This document shows, one piece after another, positions 50,002 to 62,138 of a stretch of 64,000 bases of DNA (positions within the stretch are counted from its first letter, which is position 1; every line of letters begins with the position of its first letter). Made by a program: the position numbers and the translations under genes. The DNA comes from an uncultured Prevotella sp. (lineage in GTDB: Bacteria; Bacteroidota; Bacteroidia; Bacteroidales; Bacteroidaceae), in the NCBI GenBank assembly GCA_964554115.1, contig CAZKMT010000002.1, positions 26,629-90,628 on the forward strand, in the 5' to 3' direction. Under the pieces are notes generated by a model. It did no database searches. It saw nothing but the letters and a program-made list of their open reading frames with translations, and was not told the DNA's origin.

Positions 50002-51669
50002 CTACCCGAGCCGCAGGGCACTGTCGCAATATTCCATCACTGCCGCCCTGTGGGTTATGAAGATTACCGTCTTGTCGCGCGAACCGAGAATGTTGTGAAG
50101 CAGCATTCTCTCGGTGGCCGGGTCGAGCGCGCTCGTAGCCTCGTCGAAGAGCATCACGCCTCTGTCCCTGAGCAGTGCGCGGGCTATGGCTATCCGTTGC
50201 GCCTGTCCCTCGCTGATGCCCCCGCCGTCCTCGCCGATGGCGGTATCGATACCGTCGGGCAGCGTGAGCGCAAAGTCGGCGCAGGCCATCCGCAGAGCCT
50301 TCTCCATGTCGGCCTCGGTGGCAGATGGGTTGCCCAGCAGCAAGTTCGACCGTATGGTGCCGTTCAGCAATGTGTTGCCTTGCGGCACGTAGACAAAGTT
50401 GCACCGCGAGCCGGCAGTGACGTCCACGCTCTCGCGGGCGTTGTAAAGCTCTATCCTGCCGCCTTGCGGACGCACGAGCGCGAGCATGAGCCTTATCAGC
50501 GTGGTCTTGCCGGCGCCCGTCTTGCCGAGGATGGCGGTGCAGGTGCCGGGACGGAAATCGAAAGACAGGTTGTCAATCACGTTGCGCTTGCCATCGCCAT
50601 AAGCGTAAGTCACGCCTGTAAGGCGCACGCCGCAAGGCATGTCCAATGGTTGGGGGCTGTCGCAGTCGTCGCAAGGCATGTCCTCAAGCTCCATGAGCCG
50701 CTCGGCGGCGGTGACCGCCGCCACGAACGCCGGTACCAGTTTCGCGAGGTCGCGTGCGGGCGTCTGTATGCGGTACACGAGCTGCAGGAAAGCTGTCATG
50801 CCTCCGAAAGTTATGGCACCGTGCGACAGCCGCACCGCGCTCCAGAGAAAAGCCACGAGATATCCGATTGAGAAGCCCGCGTTGACCATGAGGTTGGAGA
50901 GCACCGAGAAAACCGTGCGCCGGCGCACGTGGCGGCGCAGCGAGGCCTGCCCCGCATCGAGGCGGCTCACCATGACGGCGGCACACTCGAGCGTCTTTAT
51001 CAGCATGCGGTGCTGCACGGCATCCTGCAGCAAGCCCTGCACGCGGCTGTCGCAACGCCTCACGCGCCGCGTGAACTTGCGCATCCGCACCACATAGATG
51101 CGGCTCAACAGCATGAACAGCGGCAGGATAGCCACCGTGGCTATGGCCAGCACAGCGTCCATGTGCAGAAGATAGAGGAAAGCTCCGACAAACATCGCGG
51201 CCACGGACAGAGCGTTAGGCAGCGTCTCGGTGACGAAATCGGCCACCGTTGCCACATCTTGCTCCAGCCTGTTAATCACGTCGCCACTGTGGTAGCGTTC
51301 CCTACCGCTCCACTCGGAGTGCAGCAGGCGGTCTACCATCCGCTGCTGCATGTGGTTACGAGCCTTGATGCCAAGGATATTGCGTATCCAGACATGGCAG
51401 ATGTCAAGGCCGAAATCGCAGGCTATGAACAGTGCCATAAGCCCCACTGCCCAATAGAGCGAGCCGGCGCGCGCGCCGGAGGCAATGTCGATGGCACGCT
51501 GCACGCTCCATACCGAAGCCAGGCTGACGGCCACCCCCGCCAGTCCTGTGGCTGCGTTGAGCCCAGCCTGCAGTCTGTTGCCGCGCAGGGCATGCCACAG
51601 CCAGAGCACCGTCCGGCGCGTGCCAAGGCGCGGCATCTTCGTATTCAAAATGTCACTGATGCTTGTCAT
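50002..51669 (-). CDS. ABC exporter, fused permease and ATP-binding domains
   Basis: N-terminal TM region; GKTGAGKT, ISEGQAQR, LFDEATSALD, ITHR. Confidence 0.9.
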   Translation of the reverse strand: MTSISDILNTKMPRLGTRRTVLWLWHALRGNRLQAGLNAATGLAGVAVSLASVWSVQRAIDIASGARAGSLYWAVGLMALFIACDFGLDICHVWIRNILGIKARNHMQQRMVDRLLHSEWSGRERYHSGDVINRLEQDVATVADFVTETLPNALSVAAMFVGAFLYLLHMDAVLAIATVAILPLFMLLSRIYVVRMRKFTRRVRRCDSRVQGLLQDAVQHRMLIKTLECAAVMVSRLDAGQASLRRHVRRRTVFSVLSNLMVNAGFSIGYLVAFLWSAVRLSHGAITFGGMTAFLQLVYRIQTPARDLAKLVPAFVAAVTAAERLMELEDMPCDDCDSPQPLDMPCGVRLTGVTYAYGDGKRNVIDNLSFDFRPGTCTAILGKTGAGKTTLIRLMLALVRPQGGRIELYNARESVDVTAGSRCNFVYVPQGNTLLNGTIRSNLLLGNPSATEADMEKALRMACADFALTLPDGIDTAIGEDGGGISEGQAQRIAIARALLRDRGVMLFDEATSALDPATERMLLHNILGSRDKTVIFITHRAAVMEYCDSALRLG

Positions 51670-51710
51670 GTCTCTCGTATAGCGAAATAACGGCTGTCGG
51701 TGCGACTGTC

Positions 51711-52595
51711 TCACTCGCGCACATCGATTCCCCACATCATCTTCTTGCGCAGGGTGTCGAAATAGCTTTGGCCCGGGTGTTTCACAATCCGCACGCGGTA
51801 GGGTGCCTTGCGCAGGCTTATGGTGGTTCCCTCGGCGCATTTCTCAGAGCGTCCGTCGACAGCTATTAGGAAGTTGTGGCTGCGGCTCTCCACCCGGAGC
51901 GTGACCACCGAGTCGTCTGAGATTACTATCGGGCGCACGTTGAGGCTGTGGGGAGCCACCGCCGTGAGCGAAAACACGGGAGTGCCGGGCGTGATGACGG
52001 GGCCGCCGTTGCTCAGCGAGTAGGCCGTGGAGCCTGTGGGCGTGCTCACTATCAGTCCATCGGCCTGGTAAGTGGTAAGGTATTGGCCGTTGATGTGGGC
52101 GCGAATGGTTATCATCGAGGCATCGTCGCGCTTCAGTATGGCTACGTCGTTGAGGGCCGTCACGGTATCTGTGGCCTCACGGCCTATGTCGGCGAGCAAC
52201 ACGGAACGGTCGTCGATGTCGTAGTCACCGCTGTGCAGGGCCATCAGGCAAGGCTCTATGCCGTCGGGGCTCACGTTGGCCAAGAAGCCCATGCGCCCCA
52301 TGTTGACGCCAATTATCGGTATCTGCTTGGCACCCACGCGCGCCGCCGCCTTTAGAAACGTGCCGTCGCCACCCATGGATATAACGAAGTCGGCAGTGAA
52401 ATCGTTGCCCGTGAACACGCGGCGTACCGCCATGCGCGCCCCGTAGCCGGATGTTATGAAGTCGTGAAAGGCTTTGTCCATGCTCACATCGGCGCCATAG
52501 TCGGCCAACACATCGAGCACCCTGCGTATGGACGCTGACTTCTTGGCCTGGAAAACATTGCCGAATATTGCGAACCTAAGTCTCTTTGATGCCAT
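51711..52595 (-). CDS. nadK: NAD kinase
   Basis: SMGGDGTFL, GRMGFL, ALND, DGLIVSTPTGSTAYSLS; -7 element at 52695-52702. Confidence 0.95.
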   Translation of the reverse strand: MASKRLRFAIFGNVFQAKKSASIRRVLDVLADYGADVSMDKAFHDFITSGYGARMAVRRVFTGNDFTADFVISMGGDGTFLKAAARVGAKQIPIIGVNMGRMGFLANVSPDGIEPCLMALHSGDYDIDDRSVLLADIGREATDTVTALNDVAILKRDDASMITIRAHINGQYLTTYQADGLIVSTPTGSTAYSLSNGGPVITPGTPVFSLTAVAPHSLNVRPIVISDDSVVTLRVESRSHNFLIAVDGRSEKCAEGTTISLRKAPYRVRIVKHPGQSYFDTLRKKMMWGIDVRE

Positions 52596-52751
52596 GCAAA
52601 TAATGTCTTTTTTATATATCTTTAGTCCTGCCAAATGCCGTTGTTTGGCAAACATTTAGTATTTTTGCGGTTGGTAACGCCACGCAAACGTATGCAAAAA
52701 TACACATTTATCGCGAGATGGCGTGCCATGACGACTTTAAATTGACGGAAT

Positions 52752-53474
52752 ATGACCAAATTGAGCGTTAACATAAACAAAGTGGCCACCATCAGAAACG
52801 CGCGCGGAGGCAACAATCCCGACGTGCTGCGCGTGGCCATCGACTGCCAGTCATTCGGCGCAGACGGCATAACCGTACACCCGCGCCCCGACGAAAGGCA
52901 CATAAGATACAGCGACGTGAGGGGGCTCAAGCCCCTCATAACCACAGAGCTCAACATCGAAGGCAACCCAATAGGCAAGTATATAGACCTCGTGCTGGAG
53001 GTGAAGCCCACGCAGGTGACGCTCGTGCCCGACGCCGAGGGGCAGATAACGTCGAACCACGGCTGGGACACCAAGGCCAACCGCACTTTCCTCACCGATG
53101 TGGTCGGGCGGTTTCGCGAAGCGGGCATACGCACGTCTATCTTCGTTGACGCCGACCCCGAAATGGTAATCGCGGCGAAAGAGTGCGGGGCCGACCGCGT
53201 GGAGCTGTACACAGAGCCTTACGCCGCCGGCTACGACACCGACCGCGAGGCTGCCATAAGGCCATTTGTGGCCGCCGCCGAGGAAGCGCGCCGCCAAGGG
53301 CTGGGCCTCAATGCGGGCCACGACCTTAGCCTTGCCAACCTCCGTTTCTTCATCGAGCGCATACCGTGGGTCGATGAGGTGAGCATCGGCCATGCCTTGA
53401 TATGTGACGCGCTGTACCTCGGACTGCGCCAAACAATCGACATGTACAAACGGGCGACAGGCGCGACGGAATGA
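52752..53474 (+). CDS. pdxJ: Pyridoxine 5'-phosphate synthase
   Basis: [44 protein letters not shown]; -7 element at 52660-52667. Confidence 0.96.
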   Translation: MTKLSVNINKVATIRNARGGNNPDVLRVAIDCQSFGADGITVHPRPDERHIRYSDVRGLKPLITTELNIEGNPIGKYIDLVLEVKPTQVTLVPDAEGQITSNHGWDTKANRTFLTDVVGRFREAGIRTSIFVDADPEMVIAAKECGADRVELYTEPYAAGYDTDREAAIRPFVAAAEEARRQGLGLNAGHDLSLANLRFFIERIPWVDEVSIGHALICDALYLGLRQTIDMYKRATGATE

Positions 53475-53609
53475 AAAAGGAGTGATGGCATGGCGGACGG
53501 CATTGCCGCTCCGGCAGTTGGCACGGGGTTGCCCTTGCGCCTCCCTCAACCAACATTGAGAATTGCCGCCATTGAACTGACAAAACGTCAAACACAAACA
53601 TAAATTATC

Positions 53610-54173
53610 ATGGTATATGAGTTTCTTGCCGAGGGCTTTGAGGACATAGAGGCCCTGGCTCCGGTAGACATCTTGCGCCGAGGCGGCGTAGAGATAAAGA
53701 CAGTCAGCGTGACGGGCAACCTGACAGTGGAATCGGCCCACGGCGTGGGGGTGAGGGCAGACCTGCTCTTCGAAAACATCGACCCTGCCTCCGCAGACAT
53801 GCTCATGCTTCCCGGAGGACTGCCGGGAGCGACAAACCTCAACGGACACGAGGGCTTGCGCAAGGCTCTCGTGGAACACGCCTCAAAGGGCAAGCGCATA
53901 GGAGCCATCTGCGCCGCGCCCATGGTATTGGGCGGCCTGGGACTGCTGAAAGGACGCCGCGCCACGTGTTACCCCGGCTTCGAGAAATATCTGGAGGGAG
54001 CCACGTACACCGCCGAGCTGTGCACCGTGGACGGCAACATCATCACGGGGCGCGGGCCGGCAGCCGCCTTGCCATACGGCTACACCATCCTTGAACAGTA
54101 TGTCGGCAAGGAGATGGCCGACCAACTGCGCGACGGGATGATTTACACCCAGTTGCTGGAGCGCGGCGAGTGA
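53610..54173 (+). CDS. DJ-1/YajL (ThiJ) family protein
   Basis: [29 protein letters not shown]. Confidence 0.92.
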   Translation: MVYEFLAEGFEDIEALAPVDILRRGGVEIKTVSVTGNLTVESAHGVGVRADLLFENIDPASADMLMLPGGLPGATNLNGHEGLRKALVEHASKGKRIGAICAAPMVLGGLGLLKGRRATCYPGFEKYLEGATYTAELCTVDGNIITGRGPAAALPYGYTILEQYVGKEMADQLRDGMIYTQLLERGE

Positions 54174-54871
54174 TGGACTACGCCATAATCGTAGCCGGAG
54201 GCAAGGGGCTGCGCATGGGCAGTGAGTTGCCGAAGCAGTTCATTCCCGTGGGCGGCAGGCCGATACTGATGCGAACCATAGAGCGTTTCCGCGAGTATTC
54301 ACCCACAATGGCGATAGTCATTGTGCTGCCAAGGGAACAGCAGGACTATTGGCGCGGACTGTGCCGCGACTACGGCTTCGGAGGGGATTGCCTCGTGGCC
54401 GATGGCGGTGCCACGCGCTTCCACTCCGTGAGGAACGGCCTCAGCCGCATACCCGACGAGGAGGATGGCGTGGTCGGCGTGCATGATGGCGTGCGCCCGT
54501 TTGTCGCCACAGGTGTCATTGCGGAGTGCTACGAAGCAGCACGCCGCACGGGGGCTGCCATACCTGTGGTGCCGGTGGTCGAGACGCTGCGCCATGCATG
54601 CAGTGGCACGGTGCCGCGCACCGACTACCGGATGGTGCAAACGCCGCAGGTGTTTTCGATAGCGTTGCTCAAGCGGGCTTACAGACAGCCTTACAGCGAC
54701 GCTTTCACTGATGACGCATCGGTGGTGGAAGCGGCAGGACAAGCCGTCACCCTTGTCGATGGCAACCGCGAGAACATAAAGATTACCACGCCACTTGACC
54801 TTGCCACAGCCGAGGCATTGCTCGCCATGCAAGGTCGCAACGGGACTTTCGCATCTCCAAACACCCACTGA
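54170..54871 (+). CDS. ispD: 2-C-methyl-D-erythritol 4-phosphate cytidylyltransferase
   Basis: [35 protein letters not shown]. Confidence 0.93.
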   Translation: MMDYAIIVAGGKGLRMGSELPKQFIPVGGRPILMRTIERFREYSPTMAIVIVLPREQQDYWRGLCRDYGFGGDCLVADGGATRFHSVRNGLSRIPDEEDGVVGVHDGVRPFVATGVIAECYEAARRTGAAIPVVPVVETLRHACSGTVPRTDYRMVQTPQVFSIALLKRAYRQPYSDAFTDDASVVEAAGQAVTLVDGNRENIKITTPLDLATAEALLAMQGRNGTFASPNTH

Positions 54872-54880
54872 CGAGAAACC

Positions 54881-56980
<2,100 letters not shown>

Positions 56981-57314
56981 TGACATCCCGACCGCCATTC
57001 TCTACCGGTTAGCTCCGACAGCATGATTCGCACGAGACAGGCGCGCCGAGCACAGCGACAACAGCAGAGAGGAGTGATGCCGGCATACGCCAACACTCTT
57101 TTTCACTTCTAATTGCCAAAAAAATCATTTATCACGGTCATTTGTTAAATATCCGACAAAATGTGTTAAGGCGTTCGACTTTTACAAAATATTTGCTATC
57201 TTTGCAACGTCCTATACAAAACGGGAGTCATGGCATGGCTATAATTGGATTATAATTATTATGCCTTTCCCGCACACAATGAACGCCCCAACACTTGAAA
57301 CAATGGCAGAATTA

Positions 57315-58250
57315 ATGATTAGAAAGTTAAAGACAGCAGTTATAGTGACAATTATGTCGGTCAGCGCACTTCCCACCACAGCGCAAGACCTACTGGCACG
57401 CCAGGCACCGATAGACAGAAAAATGAAAGCGGTGGACTCCGTAGCACTGAGCAGACTAATCCAAACGGAGCAATTGGAATCGCCGGCAGCCGACCTCTAT
57501 GACGACTGGGATAACAAATACGCACACCGCGCGACGGAATTGCCAGACTCTTTCCGGATAGACCTGCGCAATTTCTGTATGCCAACCACGAGCCGCGTGC
57601 TCACTTCCAACTACGGAGCGCGCTGGGGCAGGCAACACAAAGGACTGGACATCAAGGTTTACATCGGTGATACCATACGCGCGGCATTCAGTGGAAAGGT
57701 GCGCATGGTCAAATATGAAGCCCGTGGCTACGGCAAGTATGTAGTGATACGCCACTACAACGGATTGGAAACCATCTACGGGCACATGTCAAAACAGCTT
57801 GTGAAAGAAAACGATGAGGTTCGCGCCGGTGACCCAATCGGGCTCGGCGGCAACACAGGCAGGAGCACAGGGTCGCACCTTCACTTCGAGACAAGGCTCT
57901 GCGGCGTGGCACTCAACCCCACACTGATGTTTGATTTCAGAAACCAAGACGTAGTGGACGACTATTATATGTTCCACAAGGATACTTATGAGCGCGAAGG
58001 ACGCATCGCCAACCGCCTGCGTGGGGTGAACGCTGAAAACCGTTCCAACACCGATGACAAGAGCCTTGCGGAAGCTGACATTGATGAAGAAGAGGTTGTG
58101 GCGACTCCGAAATACCACAAGGTGCGCAAGGGCGATACCCTTGGTGCCATAGCCCGCCGCTTCGGAACTACGGTCAACGCCCTCTGCCGTCTCAACGGCA
58201 TAAGCAAGAGTTCGCGACTCATGCCCGGCCAACGGCTGAGATACAACTGA
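57315..58250 (+). CDS. M23 peptidase with C-terminal LysM domain (start between 57261 and 57315)
   Basis: HKGLD, YGH, HLHFE; LysM YHKVRKGDTLGAIARR; -7 element TATCTTTG at 57197-57204. Confidence 0.92.
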   Translation: MIRKLKTAVIVTIMSVSALPTTAQDLLARQAPIDRKMKAVDSVALSRLIQTEQLESPAADLYDDWDNKYAHRATELPDSFRIDLRNFCMPTTSRVLTSNYGARWGRQHKGLDIKVYIGDTIRAAFSGKVRMVKYEARGYGKYVVIRHYNGLETIYGHMSKQLVKENDEVRAGDPIGLGGNTGRSTGSHLHFETRLCGVALNPTLMFDFRNQDVVDDYYMFHKDTYEREGRIANRLRGVNAENRSNTDDKSLAEADIDEEEVVATPKYHKVRKGDTLGAIARRFGTTVNALCRLNGISKSSRLMPGQRLRYN

Positions 58251-58276
58251 CAAGACTTCTAAACAATGCTTACAAT

Positions 58277-58316
58277 AATAATGGCGGGGTGCACCATTGC
58301 GCATCCCGCCATTATT
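58277..58316 (+). terminator. Terminator-like hairpin after the M23-LysM gene
   Basis: AATAATGGCGGG...CCCGCCATTATT, 12-bp stem. Confidence 0.7.
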
Positions 58317-58671
58317 GTGATTCCCTTCGCACCATGATGCCCGACTCAAAATATCATTTCAGTAAATACCCATGCACATAATGGAAACTCTTGCAGAGAC
58401 GGTACACACACCCATCGTGCCAACATCAGCAAGACAGTAAAAAGACATGCATTTCCGTGGAGCCAGCGAAAAATCCATGTGGATGGATTCCAGTAAAGGG
58501 TCATACCTTTGTGCCATGATGGAATCCGCCTTTATACATTGGCACAATTGATAGAGCCGGGAATGCCGACTTGCGATGCCGTGCGAGCAATGCGCATCAA
58601 GCATCGACCGATTTTGGTTCATGGCTATCCGCATTTATTTTCCGCTGCCCCCGTTTTTCCTCCACCATGTC

Positions 58672-58706
58672 AAAATAAAAGCGTCCAAGAACTTCTTCCT
58701 GGACGC
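58672..58706 (-). terminator. Probable terminator of the SusCD locus transcript
   Basis: GCGTCCA...TGGACGC stem preceded by AAAATAAAA (U-tract on minus strand). Confidence 0.6.
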
Positions 58707-58798
58707 TCAATAGTGTAACTATTTTTCGCTTCAATTATCAAACAACGATCGGTTTTTCAACATGCCCGGTTATACTACAAACCCAAGCGCGCCGCCAA

Positions 58799-59707
58799 TC
58801 ACTTGTTGAAAACTTTCTTTCCGTTTATTATAATCAGACCCTTGGCATTCTTGTCAACCCTTTGCCCTGCGATGTTGTATGCCGGAGCATCGACAGCGGC
58901 AGCGGTGTCAACATTCACTTCAGCTATGCCTGTCGTTTCGCTACCGGGAACTTCACCGCCGTCAAGCAGAGTGTTGGTGTCTGTCGTGATTGTGGCATCG
59001 CCCGTGGTGTCGAAAACGAAGCCGCCGAGAGTCATCTTGGAACCGGTTGCAAGCACGTCATAACGGCAATCGGCAAAGACTTGGAACTTTATCACGCCGT
59101 TGCCTGTCGTAGAAACAGACTGCCCTTCGCAAATCTGGGAAACCTGCTGTATGTTATAACCGTCAGTTACAAGATAGCCGTCGATAGACTCGTCATAAGA
59201 GGTAGCTCCGTCCAACTCATTGAGATCATACGCATAAACCGAAGAAGCCGGCGACGCATCATTCGTATTCTCCATGGATAAGATGTAAGGTATGCGTACT
59301 TGCTCCTCAAATACCACATAGCACTTGTTTCCTGAAGCGGAAATAATAGCATAGATATATCCATCCTGGCTTGGAACGAACCTATATATACATCCTTGAG
59401 TAGGATATGTGCCTGCGCTTGCTGCCGTACCCGGGCCATTGGTGTTGCCCTGAATGGCGCTATTAATAGCCAACAGGTCACCGTTGAACGAAATCGTGCC
59501 ATCCTTCATTCCGGAAACCTTGTAGGTGTCGTCATAAAGCACTGTACACGTAACACTCTCTGTCGAGGCTACCTCCGTTCCCGCGGTAAGCGTCACCCCA
59601 TCACTGGTAGTAAGAGCCTCAGCATCTACCGCTACAAACTCATAGCTCTGTGCGTTAACCGTAAGTGCGGCCATCACCAATGCCACACTGAGTAATGTTT
59701 TTTTCAT
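58799..59707 (-). CDS. Secreted acidic beta-rich protein with T9SS-type CTD, SusCD-associated
   Basis: Signal peptide VNA|QSY; CTD AYNIAGQRV...KGLIIINGKK; no catalytic motif recognised. Confidence 0.75.
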   Translation of the reverse strand: MKKTLLSVALVMAALTVNAQSYEFVAVDAEALTTSDGVTLTAGTEVASTESVTCTVLYDDTYKVSGMKDGTISFNGDLLAINSAIQGNTNGPGTAASAGTYPTQGCIYRFVPSQDGYIYAIISASGNKCYVVFEEQVRIPYILSMENTNDASPASSVYAYDLNELDGATSYDESIDGYLVTDGYNIQQVSQICEGQSVSTTGNGVIKFQVFADCRYDVLATGSKMTLGGFVFDTTGDATITTDTNTLLDGGEVPGSETTGIAEVNVDTAAAVDAPAYNIAGQRVDKNAKGLIIINGKKVFNK

Positions 59708-59799
59708 AATGTCTTTAATGATTAAGTTGATTTTAATTATTTGGAATTAAGATGTGCCCGGAAGCTACCCGCAAGTAATTTCCCGGGCACATCTGAAAG

Positions 59800-60279
59800 T
59801 CATTCTTGCGACTCTTCCTCGCCTTGCAGCTGTCCCTCGAAAGAATAGTAATAGGTGTAGGTTTGACGTCCCGACCTCTCCGTCAGGCTGAAAGAGGCCG
59901 TCAGATTGCCATCACCATCAATCCGTCCCGAAAAGGCAGCCCCCAAGCCGTTTGACGTGGAAGCGTTTGAGAACACAAAGCCATCGTTGGCATGGGCTAT
60001 GTTGGTAACAGACGTGGCGTTGTACTCGAAGTCTCCACTACAGTCAAACGTGATGTCTGCGCAATAAGCGGAGTCTGTGGGCACTATCGTCGCTGTGCCG
60101 GCTGCATAAAGCGTGTCTGTTGTCCCGTCTTCAATCCTCATGAAAGTTCCGGCATAGACACCGGCAGCATCTATCTCAGGCGTATTGGCGAATGTCACCT
60201 CACAGTCGTCATCGTCACAAGCAACGAACAGGCAGCCAAGCGCAAACGCCGAGAGCAAAGGAAACAAAATCTTTCTCAT
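59800..60279 (-). CDS. Surface lipoprotein, SusCD-associated
   Basis: Lipobox FVAC followed by acidic DDDD patch (Bacteroidetes lipoprotein export signal). Confidence 0.75.
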   Translation of the reverse strand: MRKILFPLLSAFALGCLFVACDDDDCEVTFANTPEIDAAGVYAGTFMRIEDGTTDTLYAAGTATIVPTDSAYCADITFDCSGDFEYNATSVTNIAHANDGFVFSNASTSNGLGAAFSGRIDGDGNLTASFSLTERSGRQTYTYYYSFEGQLQGEEESQE

Positions 60280-60311
60280 GTCTATTTAGTTTATCCGTTG
60301 TTAGCAATTGA

Positions 60312-62123
60312 TTAATAGCCCGGGTTCTGGTCGTCAGAGGTCAGTGCCGTGTTGTTGCTTATTTCGCCAGACGGTATTGGCCTGTACCACTTCACCTCGC
60401 CTGCCGTATTCTCCATGTCGGTGATCGAGCTTATATCCGAGTTGAACGCAACATTGTACCTTACGAGCTGACGTGTACGGCGCAGATCCATCCACCTGTC
60501 CCTCTCTGCGAACAGTTCGCGCGCCCTCTCATCGAGAATGACATCCAGCGCGGTTATGTTGCCGAAACTTGCCGGCCTTGAATAATCTGCTTCGTATGCG
60601 GAGAACGAAGACAACGCACCGGCATTCGAGCGGTTACGCACATCATTGACTAATTCAAGAGCCTCGCCCTCGTTGCCAGCCATAAGCTCGGCCTCGGCCC
60701 ACGTCAGGTACATGTCGCTCACATGGAACAGCGGGATGTCACGGTAGCCGTTGCTCGTATTGAGAGATTCCTGTGCGGTGTTCGGGTCGTCAAACTTCTT
60801 CACCACTGTCGTGCCATACACATTCACACAGTTTAATTCATAATCTTCTGTCGACTTTGTGTAACTGCCATCCGAACTAAACGTGTATATGACAGTCTCT
60901 TCGCCGAGTATGTATGCCGACACATCGTTAATGCAATCGTCCATTGCATACCTCTCAACATTGGCATCAAACTCAGCCTCAGCCTCCTCTTCCGTAGTGT
61001 AATACGGGAAGTACCTCAAGCCGATGTTCAAGTTGTCAACATTGCTTGCATTGTAATAAGCGTAATAGCCAGTCGTAGACCATGTGCCGTTATAATTGTA
61101 CATCGTGGTCATAAAGGTTGCATCAAAACGCTCGTCGCCTTCTCCCCACAGGTAAATGGCCTTTTCCGATGGAGCCATATTCGAGTCGCAGTACTTGTAG
61201 CCTGAAGACGTGCAGTCACCGTAGTAGCATCCGTAGGTGTTCTGCAAGCCGTGGCCGCCGTCGCTTGTGCTGCCCGGATATCCGGCCCTGTCATACTGCA
61301 CGGAGAATATCTCCTCCTCATTCCCCTCGTTGTCGGGTGACCATTTGTCCTCGAACGACATCGTAAGGCTGACCCCGTTCATGGCCTCTTCAGCATACTG
61401 CGCAGCCAAAGTGAAATATTGGGTGTCATTAATATTATACGTACCGGATAGAGAGTCTGTGAGCGTGGTGCCCAAATCCCATCCCGCAGCCAGACACACT
61501 TTGGCAAGCAAGGCGTTGACCGCCTGCCGGCTGATGTAGCCCTCATGGCTTTCTGCCGGAAGGTATTCGTCACTCGTTAAGTCCTCAAGCTCTTCTATCA
61601 ATGCCGTGTATATCTCTGAGAGATCTGTTCTCGGATAACTTCTCTCCGCACTTTGTATGTAGTCCGTAACATAAGGCACCGCGCCGAAATGCTGTGTCAG
61701 CAGGTAATAACCGTAGCAACGCAGGAACTTAGCCTCGGCTATCACGAGCCCATCGCCGTTTGCATAATAAATCATGCAGTTTGCGTTGTTTATCAGAGAG
61801 TAAAGGTCTGTGTAGAAGCTCTGCACCGTGGAGTTTTCAGCAGTGAGCGTGTACCTGTGCAGTTCGCCAGGGTCGTTGCCACGAGTAGCCACGTAGAGGT
61901 CTGTGCCCCACTCGAACATGTCCAGATAATCTGCCGCGATAGGCTTCAACAGCGAATACGTGTACACCCTAAGCCCTTCAAGTCCATCTTCCGTGCTGAA
62001 GTAGTCTTCAGCTGAAACGTTCGTCTTGTTCTCGGCATCGAGGAAGTCGGAACAACCGCTCAACGTGCCGGCACCCGCCATCATTGCGGCTGAAAATGCT
62101 ATATATAATATCTTCTTCATCAT
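60312..62123 (-). CDS. RagB/SusD family outer-membrane lipoprotein
   Basis: LSG|CSDFLD, EAKFLRCYGY, GAVPY, SDMYLTWAEA, ILDERAREL, RWMDLRRT, QNPGY. Confidence 0.95.
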   Translation of the reverse strand: MMKKILYIAFSAAMMAGAGTLSGCSDFLDAENKTNVSAEDYFSTEDGLEGLRVYTYSLLKPIAADYLDMFEWGTDLYVATRGNDPGELHRYTLTAENSTVQSFYTDLYSLINNANCMIYYANGDGLVIAEAKFLRCYGYYLLTQHFGAVPYVTDYIQSAERSYPRTDLSEIYTALIEELEDLTSDEYLPAESHEGYISRQAVNALLAKVCLAAGWDLGTTLTDSLSGTYNINDTQYFTLAAQYAEEAMNGVSLTMSFEDKWSPDNEGNEEEIFSVQYDRAGYPGSTSDGGHGLQNTYGCYYGDCTSSGYKYCDSNMAPSEKAIYLWGEGDERFDATFMTTMYNYNGTWSTTGYYAYYNASNVDNLNIGLRYFPYYTTEEEAEAEFDANVERYAMDDCINDVSAYILGEETVIYTFSSDGSYTKSTEDYELNCVNVYGTTVVKKFDDPNTAQESLNTSNGYRDIPLFHVSDMYLTWAEAELMAGNEGEALELVNDVRNRSNAGALSSFSAYEADYSRPASFGNITALDVILDERARELFAERDRWMDLRRTRQLVRYNVAFNSDISSITDMENTAGEVKWYRPIPSGEISNNTALTSDDQNPGY

Positions 62124-62138
62124 GATAACAATTGTAAA

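Noticed and set aside
58359-58720. Small ORFs and a TACCTTTG at about 58504 in the gap before the SusCD locus
   Set aside because: No coding signature and no + strand terminator to define a transcript.
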